Positions 10,567 to 22,110 are shown, numbered from the whole stretch's first letter. The stretch is 62,946 bases of DNA, filler included, from Octopus bimaculoides (GCF_001194135.2; 8 parts of 7 records of this genome joined end to end with filler, not necessarily neighbours in it), one strand, 5' to 3'. Program-made: numbers and translations. Notes: generated by a model from the letters alone, not told the origin.

Positions 10567-11743
10567 TACACATGCACACACTCACACACACACATACGCA
10601 CATACATATGAATATGATAAATATACGTGTGCATGCATGTGTATATATACATATATACCTGTATACGTATACTCGTTATTATATATATGTGTGAATGCGT
10701 GCTTGTATTATCTGCAGCATTTTAGGTTTGTTGCTGTTTTTGTACTTATACTTAAACACTTGTTTGACAAATTCTGCTATCAAATGACAGTATTTAGACG
10801 TCTTCCTTAAAAAAATAACTGTCTTTGATCTGAGGTTTCAGGCATTTTCAATGACGTCTTGTCTTTTATATCATTTATGTTTCCTTTGCGTACTGATGAA
10901 AGACGTGTGCATTTAGTTGTTGTTGTTTAACACCAGGTCAAACCTGATTGCGTAAGCCTATGATCAAAGACATTCTATCCTTAAGCATTCTATCCTTTTA
11001 GTACTCGCAGAGGGTGCTAGAACTACGTTGTCAGACAGTTCCAGGGCTTTCCAGATCGAATTACTATTAGCCAATCATTCTTTTAGAGTTACATGCTGTG
11101 GTGATCTTAAAACATATTAAAATAAGTCTTAAGACTTATTTTCCATGAAAGTTTTTGAAACTTCGTCAGCGGGTAACCATGTTGTACGTGACCGCAACAT
11201 GGTCACGTACAACATGCTAAGGCATGTTGAACGTGACATGCTAAGGCAAACAGCCAAATTTCTCTCAATTACAGACTACGATCATAAAAACAGAATACAT
11301 TGGATAATCACGGCCTTTGTATGTAATGCCAGAAAAATGGTGCAGTAATCGTGTTTTGAATGCCTTTAACCATAGTGTCGGCTCAATAACAGCTCAACTG
11401 AGGTTAAACAATATTAACCTTTTACGAGATTAACCGAAGGGTTAGCCTTTGCATAGTCGTTTGACCTGCTAGAAATATCAAGTAAATTTCCTTCAAATAT
11501 ATCTTATGTGTCAAAGACATTTAACCGTACAGGTTAAATATTTGAACGGATTTAAATATTTGTTTAAGATATTTAACTGTTCAGGTTAGATATATTTGAA
11601 CTGATCTAAATGTTTGTTTACTCGCAACACTATTTTCACATTCCTACGACAACATTTTGATCCGTTCTTGGTTTGTTTGTAATCAAGTTATGCTTTGCTA
11701 CTGATTTAGTATAAGAAAACGAAGGTTCCCAAACTCATTTCAG

Positions 11744-11845
11744 GGTTATCGCTCTTGCAGTACACTGCGCTGATGATGGTCAAAAAGCTCGGAATTCATT
11801 TACTGCTTCTGCCAGAGAATGCCTTGGAATCACCTATTGCTTAAA
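11744..11845 (+). CDS. Candidate 102-bp internal exon (phase 2-2)
   Basis: Acceptor ctcatttcag|G and donor AAA|GTGAGT. One frame is open end to end (VIALAVHCADDGQKARNSFTASARECLGITYCL); the other two have stops. Confidence 0.35.
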
Positions 11846-11850
11846 GTGAG

Positions 11851-12188
11851 TGAATGCGCATGGTTCAGTGGTTAGAGCGACGAGCTTACGATCGTGAGGG
11901 TGTGAGTTCGAATTCTGGACAGGGCTGCGTGTTGTGTTCTTGAGCAAGACACTTTATTTCACGTTGCTCCTGTTAACTCAGTTGTAGAAATAAGTTGCGA
12001 CATCGTTGGTGCCAAGCTTTTGTATCGGTCTTTGCCTTTCTCTTGGATAACATCAGTGGCGTGGAGAGGGGAGGCCGGTGTGCATGGGCGACTGCTGGTC
12101 TTCCACAAACAACCTTGCCCGGACTTGTACCTCGGAGGGTAACTTTCTAGGTGCAATCCATGGTCAGTCATGACCGAAGAGGGTCTCA
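11851..12188 (+). mobile_element. tRNA-derived SINE family F
   Basis: Head gcgcatggttcagtggttagagc...gagttcgaattc, core ttgagcaagacactttatttcac, tail ggagggtaactttctaggtgcaatccatggtc. Reverse copy at 44961-45286. Confidence 0.9.
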
Positions 12189-12335
12189 GCTTAAAGTGAG
12201 AGTTCTTCTCAAAGGCATACAAATCAAGTATGTCACAAATATATCTGAACTTATTTGAATGTTTTTTGTTTTTACTTACAACACTGCTTTCGCGCGCCTA
12301 CTTCATTATTTCTTACATAAATACATTCAGACATA

Positions 12336-12417
<82 letters not shown>

Positions 12418-12489
12418 TGTGTGCGTGCGTGTGTATGTGTGTGTGTGTGAATGGTTTCTTCTGTTTATAATTACTTCAATTCTTCCTTT

Positions 12490-12880
12490 AAGGAAGGAGG
12501 TGGTTTCTAACAAAGGTACAAAGCTCCATCATTGGAATGTGGATAACAAAAAGCAATATCACATTTTGAACTTGAGAAAAGTCTCGCATAGTTTTACTGT
12601 TCCACTTATCCAGACAATCACTAAGGCATTTATTTACTCACAAAACCAAGTGCACTGATTCTTATTGGTATAAATGTGAATTTATAATTTGGACATTGAA
12701 GCTGGAGGTTTTGAAGCAGTTGATCATAGTTGTCCTCTTTTACTTTGATTTTTGAAAAGATATTCACATCAGCTGACCTCTATGACAGTACATACTTTTC
12801 TTTCTGTCCCTAACAACGATGCCAGGCCTGTTGTGTTTGGATTTGGGAATGTTCTATCAATATTTCTTGATTTGATATAA
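12490..12880 (-). mobile_element. Decayed RLE-type LINE 3' end
   Basis: Frameshifted minus-strand translation gives ...KVCTVIEVS, EDNYDQLLQNLQLQCPNYKFTFIPI and [13 protein letters not shown], homologous to 34289-34615. The 3' UTR resembles 34760-34830. Confidence 0.8.
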
Positions 12881-12884
<4 letters not shown>

Positions 12885-12913
<29 letters not shown>

Positions 12914-12960
12914 TGTATGTATGTATGTATGTATGCATATATGTATGTATGTATGTATGC

Positions 12961-12993
<33 letters not shown>

Positions 12994-13600
12994 TGTACGT
13001 ATGTATGTATGCATATATGTATGTATGTATGTAAGTATGTATGTATGTATGTATGTACGTATGTATGTATGTATGTAGGTATGTATGTATGTATGGATGT
13101 ATGTATGTATGCATATATGTATGTATGTAAGTATGTATGTATGTATGTATGTATGTAGGTATGTATGTATGTATGTATGGATGTATGTATGTATGCATAT
13201 ATGTATGTATGTATGTAAGTATGTATGTATGTATGCATATATGTATATATCCATGTATGTTGAGATATGGGTATACATGTATTCATGTACGTATATATGT
13301 ACGAATGTATGTAGATATATATGTATAGATGTTTGTATACATGTATATATTTATGTCGGTAGGTATGACATTATGTATGACTATATATATGAATATATGA
13401 ATATGTGTTTGTATATATGTGAATGTATGTACGTAGATAGGTATCCATATATGCATGTATGTATGTATGCATGAATGTATGTTTGCATGTATATATGCAT
13501 GAATGTATGTAAGTATATGTGTGTGCGCATGCATGTGAGTGTTCACGCGTGTGTGTATATGCACACGGGTGTATATGCGCACGGGTGTATACGTGTTTTT
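12885..13600. repeat. Long (TATG)n degenerate microsatellite
   Basis: Seen directly; it is the source of the MYVC/HTYI pseudo-ORFs. Confidence 0.95.
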
Positions 13601-13719
13601 CTGTCTTATCTCTCTTTCTCGCTGTCTGTCTCTTTCTTTCTCATCTCACCTTTCTCTCTCTCTCTTTCTCTCTCCCCCTCTCTCACTGAGAATATATCTG
13701 TGTGTGCGTGTATTTGTAT

Positions 13720-13774
<55 letters not shown>

Positions 13775-13874
13775 NNNNNNNNNNNNNNNNNNNNNNNNNN
13801 NNNNNNNNNNNNNNNNNNTTAATTAATTAANNNNNNNNNNNNNNNNNNNNNNNNNNNNNNNNNNNNNNNNNNNN
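13775..13874. other. Artificial scaffold join N44-TTAATTAATTAA-N44
   Basis: The same 100-bp layout recurs with the spacer at 13819, 18539, 23832, 35165, 43156, 53844 and 60740. The 12-mer has stops in all six frames. Confidence 0.95.
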
Positions 13875-14080
13875 TTATGTGTGTGTATTTTTTCCTGTGT
13901 TTGTTCCCCCACCACCATCACTTAGAAATCGATGTTGGTGTGTTTATGTCCCTGTAACTTAGTGGTTCTGCAGAAGATATCGATAAAATAAACACCAGGG
14001 GTCAATTTCTTCAACTAGAAGGCGGTACTGCAGCATGGCCACACTCAAATGACTGAAACAAGTAAAAAAGTAAAAGAGTA
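13875..14080 (+). mobile_element. SINE family A 3' half
   Basis: Ends cagcatggccacactcaaatgactgaaacaagtaaaaag. Confidence 0.85.
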
Positions 14081-14115
<35 letters not shown>

Positions 14116-14117
<2 letters not shown>

Positions 14118-14917
14118 TATAAGAGGAATGACCACTAGGTGGACTCCTAATATGCTAAATGTAGACCCCATATGGTCTGACCACTAAGAAAAAATGTTCT
14201 CAAGAAAATTCGGCATATGCTAGAACATAAGCAAGCAAGCCAAATGAAAAGATACAAATATAAGGATTTGTCACATACCAGGTTTCATTGTTACCATTTG
14301 CATATTTACATACATGAATGTCCGCAATTCATCAGTGCGACCGTCATAGAAAATATAATTTGCAGAACTATACACAAGATGTCCACATGAAAGAGAACAT
14401 GCATACAGTTCTGTCAATTATATTTGGGAGTATATTTCAGACATGTTCGTCTTGGCGCGCCAAAGACAGAAATAATTTTCTCCATCGAAGTCTACCAGTT
14501 AGAGAATATGGTTATTTAAATTTAAATAATAAGGGTAAAAATTGATATTAATTTGATTAATATAAACTTAAACCAGTGGCCTAGCATATTGAAAATTCTG
14601 AAGATTCAGAAAAATTATATATACATATAAGAGGGGTGACCACTAGGTGAACATCCAATATGCTAAATGTAGACACCATATGGTCTGACCACTAAGAAAA
14701 AAATGGAATCAAGAAAATTCGGAAAACGCCAGAATGTAAGCGAGCAAGACAAATGGAAAGGTACAAATATAATGATTAATCACATGCCAGGTTTCAATAT
14801 GCTAGGCCACTGGTTTAAATTTATATTAATCAAATTAATATCAATTTTTACCCCTATTTAAATTTAAATAACCATATTCTCTAACTGGCAGACTTCGATG
14901 CAGAAAATTATTTTCTG
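14116..14917. repeat. Direct duplication plus an inverted repeat of about 125 bp
   Basis: 14116-14287 is similar to 14624-14796 (direct). 14467-14594 is the reverse complement of 14792-14917. Confidence 0.9.
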
Positions 14918-14939
14918 CAGAGTCATTTATATATATATA

Positions 14940-15518
14940 CTAGCATTATAACCTGACGTTGTCCGGGTGTGACTTATTACGCCATCTATGATAAGTCTTG
15001 CTAGGTGAAAATCAACTAAAAAAGAAAGCCTTACAACGAAAAACCCTTATGATGTAAATATGTTCATAATTCAAAAGACAATGAAATTAATAGGGAAAGT
15101 CTGAAGGCTGTTTTGCGTAACATTATTAAGCGTACGTAAATTTCATCTGTCTAATTGGCTATACAAATGCTTGTGCAAAACAACTTTTTGCGCTGCCCTG
15201 ATTATACATAGCAGGATAATCCCTTTTCGCAGGAGCTAGGACGACAATTTGTGATGAAGCAATTGCCGGCGATCTATTGCTACACAGTTCTGCCAGAATT
15301 CTATCAGATTGGGCAGTAGATGTTGATGCACCATTTTGCATTATGTTCAAAGTAGCTTCTGGAATGTGGTGAATTGCTGCAGTCTGTTGCTGTCTTTTTA
15401 AACCGGTTGCATTCTTTCCCCAGCAAACTCTCTTCTTTGGAGGCATAATCTATATCTATATATTAAACAGAACAACAAAAGTTATAACAGATAGCAGGGT
15501 CGGTAGTTTTCACATTTC
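14940..15518 (-). mobile_element. Non-autonomous Helitron-like element
   Basis: Minus-strand 3' end cccggacaacgtcagg...gCTAG|T at 14940. Internal ORF 15159-15446 starts MPPKKR. The 5' end was not located. Confidence 0.6.
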
Positions 15519-15752
15519 GGTAATTTTTCAGATTAACACCCACACGATTACCTAACTCTAACCCTAAAACCCTAAATCTAACCTTAATCCTAACCCAAAC
15601 TCCTAACCCTGACCTTAAAACTGTAACTGTAACACTAACCCTAATCCTAAACCCTAACCCTAACCCTAACCCTAAAACCCTAACCCTGACCCTAAAACCC
15701 TAACCCTAAAACCGGAGTGAAAATTGTGTGGGTGTTAATCTGAAAAATTACC
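15519..15752. mobile_element. Merlin-like MITE filled with degenerate (CCCTAA)n
   Basis: Perfect 27-bp TIR GGTAATTTTTCAGATTAACACCCACAC (15519-15545 / 15726-15752). Perfect 8-bp TSD CACATTTC (15511-15518, 15753-15760). GG-start TIRs with 8-bp TSD fit the Merlin/IS1016 superfamily. Confidence 0.8.
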
Positions 15753-16200
15753 CACATTTCTAATGAAGTTCACTGATTTGCAATGAATATCTTTCTCCTT
15801 TCTATCACGTCCTAACTTAAACAAAAAAATGTATTATTAGTGCTTTGTGTGAGTGGGACCATTTAAACTTGTAAAAAAAAAGAGGGAGACAGAAAGAGAG
15901 AGAGGTGGGGGAGAAATGAATATAGAACGGGAATAATGAAGAGAGAGAAAGAGAGGAAGGGAGAACGGAAGACAGTTATAAGATAGCAATGCGTGCGCGT
16001 GTTTATATAATAAACACACACGAAGTAAATCTTTTATCTATAAAGTTGATGTGTTTATGTGTATGTTGTTGTCACAGATCACGTATGTGTGGTTGTGTGT
16101 GTTTTTACGTGTCTATGTAATGAAAAATATGTTAGAGGTAGAGAAAAGGTATTAAATGAGAGAGAGGAAGAAGTAAGAGTGAAAAGGTAAACCAAGTATG

Positions 16201-16527
16201 TTTCCCCAGCAAACTCTTTCTTTGGAGGCATAATCTATGTATATATTAAACAGAACAAAAGTCATAATAGATGGCAGGGTCGATACTTTTCACACATCTG
16301 TAATGTTTCAGATTAACACCTAATCCTAAACCTAATCCTAACACTAACCCTAACAATAACCCTAAACTCTAACCCTAACCCTAAAACTCTAACCCTGACC
16401 CTAAAACCGTAACCGTAACACTAATCCTAACCCTAACCGTAACCGTAACCCTAAACCCTAACCCTGACCCTAAAACCCTAACGCTGACACCCTAGTGAAA
16501 ATCGTGGTATATTTAGAAAACATTGAC
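16201..16527. repeat. Diverged second copy of the 15415-15752 flank plus telomeric-repeat MITE
   Basis: About 100 bp of shared flank (tttccccagcaaactct...ttttcac), left TIR tgtaatgtttcagattaacacc, a CCCTAA-like array and a decayed right TIR. Confidence 0.85.
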
Positions 16528-17847
16528 GAACATGAATTATATTTTACTGAATGATTGTGTACTTGCACGTGTATGCGTTTGAGAGAGCGAGAGAGGAAGA
16601 GGTAGAGAGAGAGGGGGAGAAAGGAATAGAGGTAGTTAAAAGTTTTCTTATGACGGTTTCTCTTCACTGCCTATTACTTCATTAGAATTCTACGGATGCA
16701 CATACGCACATAATAGAGAAAAATGAAACAAATATGGACGACTTGCTCCGAAACACCACAGAGTGGGGAACACTTCTCAATAATAACCTGCAGTTTTTTC
16801 CTTCAAAATTCCTACATGCTCGAAATGTACACACATCAAGGTATATTTGTAGAAAATGTCACGAAAAAAATATTCATTTTCCTGGAAGTTAAGAGGAATT
16901 TAAGTGGAATTTCCGAAAATTGTCCCCCACCTCCCAAAACACTTTCACCGAAAATTTTTGTATATTCGGAATCNNNNNNNNNNNNNNNNNNNNNNNNNNN
17001 NNNNNNNNNNNNNNNNNNNNNNNNNNNNNNNNNNNNNNNNNNNNNNNNNNNNNNNNNNNNNNNNNNNNNNNNNNNNNNNNNNNNNNNNNNNNNNNNNNNN
17101 NNNNNNNNNNNNNNNNNNNNNNNNNNNNNNNNNNNNNNNNNNNNNNNNNNNNNNNNNNNNNNNNNNNNNNNNNNNNNNNNNNNNNNNNNNNNNNNNNNNN
17201 NNNNNNNNNNNNNNNNNNNNNNNNNNNNNNNNNNNNNNNNNNNNNNNNNNNNNNNNNNNNNNNNNNNNNNNNNNNNNNNNNNNNNNNNNNNNNNNNNNNN
17301 NNNNNNNNNNNNNNNNNNNNNNNNNNNNNNNNNNNNNNNNNNNNNNNNNNNNNNNNNNNNNNNNNNNNNNNNNNNNNNNNNNNNNNNNNNNNNNNNNNNN
17401 NNNNNNNNNNNNNNNNNNNNNNNNNNNNNNNNNNNNNNNNNNNNNNNNNNNNNNNNNNNNNNNNNNNNNNNNNNNNNNNNNNNNNNNNNNNNNNNNNNNN
17501 NNNNNNNNNNNNNNNNNNNNNNNNNNNNNNNNNNNNNNNNNNNNNNNNNNNNNNNNNNNNNNNNNNNNNNNNNNNNNNNNNNNNNNNNNNNNNNNNNNNN
17601 NNNNNNNNNNNNNNNNNNNNNNNNNNNNNNNNNNNNNNNNNNNNNNNNNNNNNNNNNNNNNNNNNNNNNNNNNNNNNNNNNNNNNNNNNNNNNNNNNNNN
17701 NNNNNNNNNNNNNNNNNNNNNNNNNNNNNNNNNNNNNNNNNNNNNNNNNNNNNNNNNNNNNNNNNNNNNNNNNNNNNNNNNNNNNNNNNNNNNNNNNNNN
17801 NNNNNNNNNNNNNNNNNNNNNNNNNNNNNNNNNNNNNNNNNNNNNNN

Positions 17848-17882
<35 letters not shown>

Positions 17883-18267
17883 GAGTGTGTGTGAGTGTCA
17901 GTATGATTGTGTGTACTTGTATATATATGTGCATATATGTATCTAAGACGTTGTATCCATTCGCCGTTAGACGATGGTGAGAGGGACAAACGAACACACA
18001 CACATATATGTGTGTGTGTGTTTACATATGTGTATATGCATATGTATATGTGTGTGTATATACAACCTTCAACAAAGTAACAGTCATGTATGCAACTTGA
18101 ACTGACGCACATATCAGTACATAAACATACTGATACGGACGCCGATAAACAAACAAAATATCGTTATGTCCCTATTCCCCGAGCTGGGTTTGAAACCGTA
18201 TTCTGGTTGTTGAGGACAATGGTATTTCTTTTGTCCTGTCAACAAGCACAGTTATTTTTAGCGTAGG

Positions 18268-18494
18268 TGTGATCGGTGACCCTTTCCGGTCACCGAAAGT
18301 TTAGAAAAACAAGTTAGGAATTGTACTAAACTGATCCAGCTTTGGAGGGAGTAAGGTAGCACTATTGGGTACGGTATCTCTCATAAATACGGTAGGGCAG
18401 TTGGTATCGAGCAGTTGGTGGACGGCAGTTGGATGAAGAACGTGAGCCGGTGTGAAGGCCAGCAGCCAGTGGGTCAGCGAGATGAACAAAGAGA
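18268..18494 (+). mobile_element. Possible LTR fragment, ends at gap
   Basis: Starts TGT, 9-bp hairpin TCGGTGACC/GGTCACCGA, TATA-like cataaata, then three cagttgg motifs. GC-richer than the flanks. Confidence 0.25.
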
Positions 18495-18732
18495 NNNNNN
18501 NNNNNNNNNNNNNNNNNNNNNNNNNNNNNNNNNNNNNNTTAATTAATTAANNNNNNNNNNNNNNNNNNNNNNNNNNNNNNNNNNNNNNNNNNNNACTCAC
18601 GTGCACATACACACACACACACACACATGTCCTTAGGTAAAATCCTAGGTAAATCCAGGCAGTATTACAGCAAAGTATGAGTGGTGTTTTCACAGCATAA
18701 ATATCCTGCCAATATTTGGGCAGAAAAAAAAG

Positions 18733-18971
18733 GGTGGCAAGCTGTCAAACTGACAGAATTGTTAGCATGTCAGGTGAAATGCTTAACAGTATTTCATCTG
18801 CCGTTACATTCTGAGTTCAAATTCCACTGAGGTCAACTTTGCCTTTCATCCTTTTGGGGTCGATTAAATAAGTACCAGTTACACACTGGTGTCGATGCAA
18901 TCAACTTAATCCTTTTGTCTGTCCTTGTTTGTCCCTTTTATGTTTAGCTCCCTGTAGGCAATAAAGAAATA
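18733..18971 (+). mobile_element. SINE family B, full length with TSD
   Basis: Flanking 16-bp direct repeat aatatttgggcagaaa (18711-18726) / aatattttggcagaaa (18972-18987). Confidence 0.9.
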
Positions 18972-19034
18972 AATATTTTGGCAGAAATGGGAATGGTGTG
19001 TTTATATTGAGATGGCTGGTTTGTGAGAGAATAA

Positions 19035-19176
19035 CATTCAGTAGTTTAGCAAGAGACTGATAGAATAAGCGACAAGCTTATAGAAACAAAAATGAGTAGA
19101 TTTGTTCAACTAAAGTTCTTCAAGGCAGCACCCTAGCATGGCCACAGTCCAATGACTGAAACAAGTAAAATAAAGG
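19035..19176 (+). mobile_element. SINE family A 3' fragment
   Basis: agcatggccacagtccaatgactgaaacaagtaaaa. Confidence 0.75.
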
Positions 19177-19340
19177 AATATACATATATGTATGTGTGTG
19201 TGTGTGTGAGTATATATACATACATATATATAAATATATACATATATATACATGCATAGATATACATGCATATATGTATGTATATATATAAATATATGTA
19301 TGTATGTATATATACACACACACTCACTCACACACACACA

Positions 19341-19382
<42 letters not shown>

Positions 19383-19535
19383 ATTTTTAAAGAATATTAT
19401 TTTCAAATGATACCATATTGCAAATCAGCTTCACAGTTGTCCATTCAGAATTAGTTTGAACTTCAGAATAAAACACTTTTCTTTTGCTATTTTTAAAACT
19501 TTATTTGAGTAATAAAATTTATGAAATGAAAATAT

Positions 19536-19615
19536 TAAGTCATTTTTATTGGCTGCATGTTTCTAAGTCATTTTTATTGGCTGCATGTTTCTAAGTCATT
19601 TTTATTGGCTGCATG
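19536..19615. repeat. 28-bp tandem repeat, about 2.9 copies
   Basis: Unit taagtcatttttattggctgcatgtttc at 19536, 19564 and 19592. Confidence 0.95.
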
Positions 19616-21780
19616 CTTACTTAAAGATATCTGTCTGGCCTGAGGGTCTTGAATGAGTTGTTATGGTATTTCTGTGCATTCTGATCACGAACTTCCAGTC
19701 TAGTCAATGTATATTACTTTATAGTTCATACATTTGGTACAGTATATAACATTTCTGCTCTCACAGTTTATACTGACATTTTTAAATATTTGTGTTGATA
19801 TAATAACCTCCATGTATAAATTGACTTGGACTACTTAGATATTACGATGTTTCTATCACTGCTGTTCAGGTCAAGCTTTATCTTTTTCACCAATTCTTTC
19901 AAATTATTGCTTGTTGTTTGTTTGAACTAGCATGTAATTTGTAAATAAATCCTTCAGTTTATCACAATCTAATAATAGGCAAATTTGATTTGGATATCTT
20001 AAAAAAAATATTATGTTATGTGAATTTTAGATCACTTCAAAAAGTACTTTATCTCTGTATTGTGTTCCTCTTTCTTCTTGGGTTGCTTGAAGTTTTACTA
20101 TCAGTTTTGCACGACCAATACAATTTTGTATAGATAAGGGTGGATATTTTTGTTTGAGTACAAGTCTCTGGAGTCCTGTGAATCATTCTTCTCCATTTAC
20201 ATCATCAGCAATGGTACAAATTTACTTGGCTTAACAGGATGGGCTTTTGTTTTTTCTGGGTGACATGATTTGCATTTTAGGTCTTAATGCGTGTCTGCCT
20301 TTATGATATAACTATCCATCATTGAGGTCAACTTTGCTTTTCATCCTTTCAGGGTCAATAAAATAAGTACCAGTTGAGTATTAGGGTCAATGTAACCAAC
20401 TTACCCCTACCTCTAAAATTGCTAGCCTTGTGCCAAACTTTGAAACCAGTATATGTCCATCATTGTTGGTAATATTTTAATGGCTATTATGTTCAGAAAT
20501 GGTAATTTGATGTATTCCTCTCCTTTGTAAATTTCAGGGCTTGGTGTAAACTTCAGAAAAATTGAATTTCTTCTAAAGTAGCCACAAATTTTGTCCAAAT
20601 AACGAAGCAGTTATCAAGAAATATTTTTCATGAGGTCTCTATTTACCATCTAAAATCAGCACCATAGTTTTCTTTTACTTTTTGGTACAGTTTTTATTCC
20701 AAGTATTGCATATACTGGAGGAAATGTTATTCCCATGGCAGTATCTCTAATGGGAAAAAGAATGCATTGTTATCTAGGATGAGATTGGCAAAATCTAATA
20801 TGGAGTCCAAGATAAATCTAGGAATTATCTCTCTTGATTTTTGACCCAATATTTGATTACTTCTTCTTTGGTCATGCCGCTTTCATGGATTCTCATGACT
20901 CTCTTTCGCCATCCAATTCCATTATTATAAATTTGAATAGGGAGCTTGAGTTATAGTTAATCTTTCATTAGCTGATTACACAACCATGGAGCCACTCCTG
21001 ATAGAGCTTGGTACACCTGACCATTGATCTTCGAGAATTCCTCTGCTCAGCATCAATGTAAGAAACACTGTTGACTCAGTTGAGCTCTTCAGCTACCTCT
21101 TCACAATCTATCATGTTGCAGTCCCATGATTTTACAGTATTCCTGGCAGGGTGGTTGAATGAGTGCTATGCCTTGACAAAGGGCAACCCAAAATTATGTA
21201 GTATACAGTCATCACTCCATGACATATTTTCAAAGTACCCACATACCCAATTTGATTACTATTATTCCTATATCATGTGGAATATTTGTCTAGACACTTA
21301 CTACATCAAAACTAACCAATACTGAATATTGGGTAGATTGGACATGAAATCAATATCATTCCAAATGAAACTTAGACTGGTACCGATATTCTTTGTTTCT
21401 CAATTCACTTCACTGTGTTAATTTTGCTCTTTTTTTTTTTGTAGGGGCCAGAGACGATGTTTGAGAGGAATCCGTTATAAAAGGCCCTGTCAACAGTATA
21501 AAGATTCCTAATCTTGTGAGGCAGGACAAAGACATTGTTTGAATGCTGCACAAAATTTAAATTATCTTTAAGGACCTTTTTAAGTTGTTGTATACTGATT
21601 GGATTTCTCTTTCAAAAGATTCTAGATCCTTAAGTGCTGGAGGATTTTCCTTAAAATGAACCCCTATTTACTGTTCATGCTATCCTGTTGCATGCTTGAA
21701 TCGAAGAAATATGCTCACCATCTAATCCTGTGTATGGAATTTCCATTTTCTTGATCAGGTTCCTTAATTACTGTTTATTG
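19600..21780 (-). mobile_element. Decayed Penelope-like retroelement (RT plus GIY-YIG endonuclease)
   Basis: Minus-strand motifs in the expected order: NIVSGP; LVSFDVVSV*TNIPHDIG (21267-21318); IPRFILDSILDFANLILDNNAF; DTAMG (about 20735); YFLDNCFVIW; KQKYPPLSIQNCIGRAK (20106-20155); NCESRNVIYCTKC (19731-19778). Many stops and frameshifts. Confidence 0.85.
20325..20455 (+). mobile_element. 5'-truncated SINE family B inserted in the PLE
   Basis: 10-bp TSD tccatcattg at 20315-20324 and 20456-20465. Confidence 0.85.
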
Positions 21781-21784
21781 ATTG

Positions 21785-22110
21785 TGTGAAGGCACGTAGC
21801 TAAGTGTTTAGGGCATTTGGCTCGTGATCATAAGGTCACAGGTTTGATACCTGATGGTGCATTGTATCCTTGAGCAAGACACTTTATTTCACATTGTTCT
21901 GGTCCTTTCAGTTGGCAAAAATTAGTAGGACCTGTATTTCAAAGGGCCAGCCTTTTCACATTCTGTGTTATGCTGATGCTCCCTGGAAACTATGTTAAGG
22001 GTACACGTGTCTGTGGAGTGCTCTGCTACTTGCACATTAATGTCACAAACAGGCTGTTCTGGTGATTGGATTGACTGGAACCCTTGGCATCATAACCAAT
22101 GGGGTGCCAG
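21785..22110 (+). mobile_element. tRNA-derived SINE family E (F-type head and core, D-type tail)
   Basis: Core ttgagcaagacactttatttcac as in 11851. Tail ttaagggtacacgtgtctgtggagtgct...actggaaccc as in 61408. Confidence 0.85.

Noticed and set aside
12493-12880. Plus-strand exon candidates in phase with the 11744 exon
   Set aside because: The minus strand clearly encodes an RLE-LINE C-terminus and 3' UTR.
15550-16490. True telomere or chromosome-fusion scar
   Set aside because: Arrays are short, degenerate and bounded by TIRs and a TSD.
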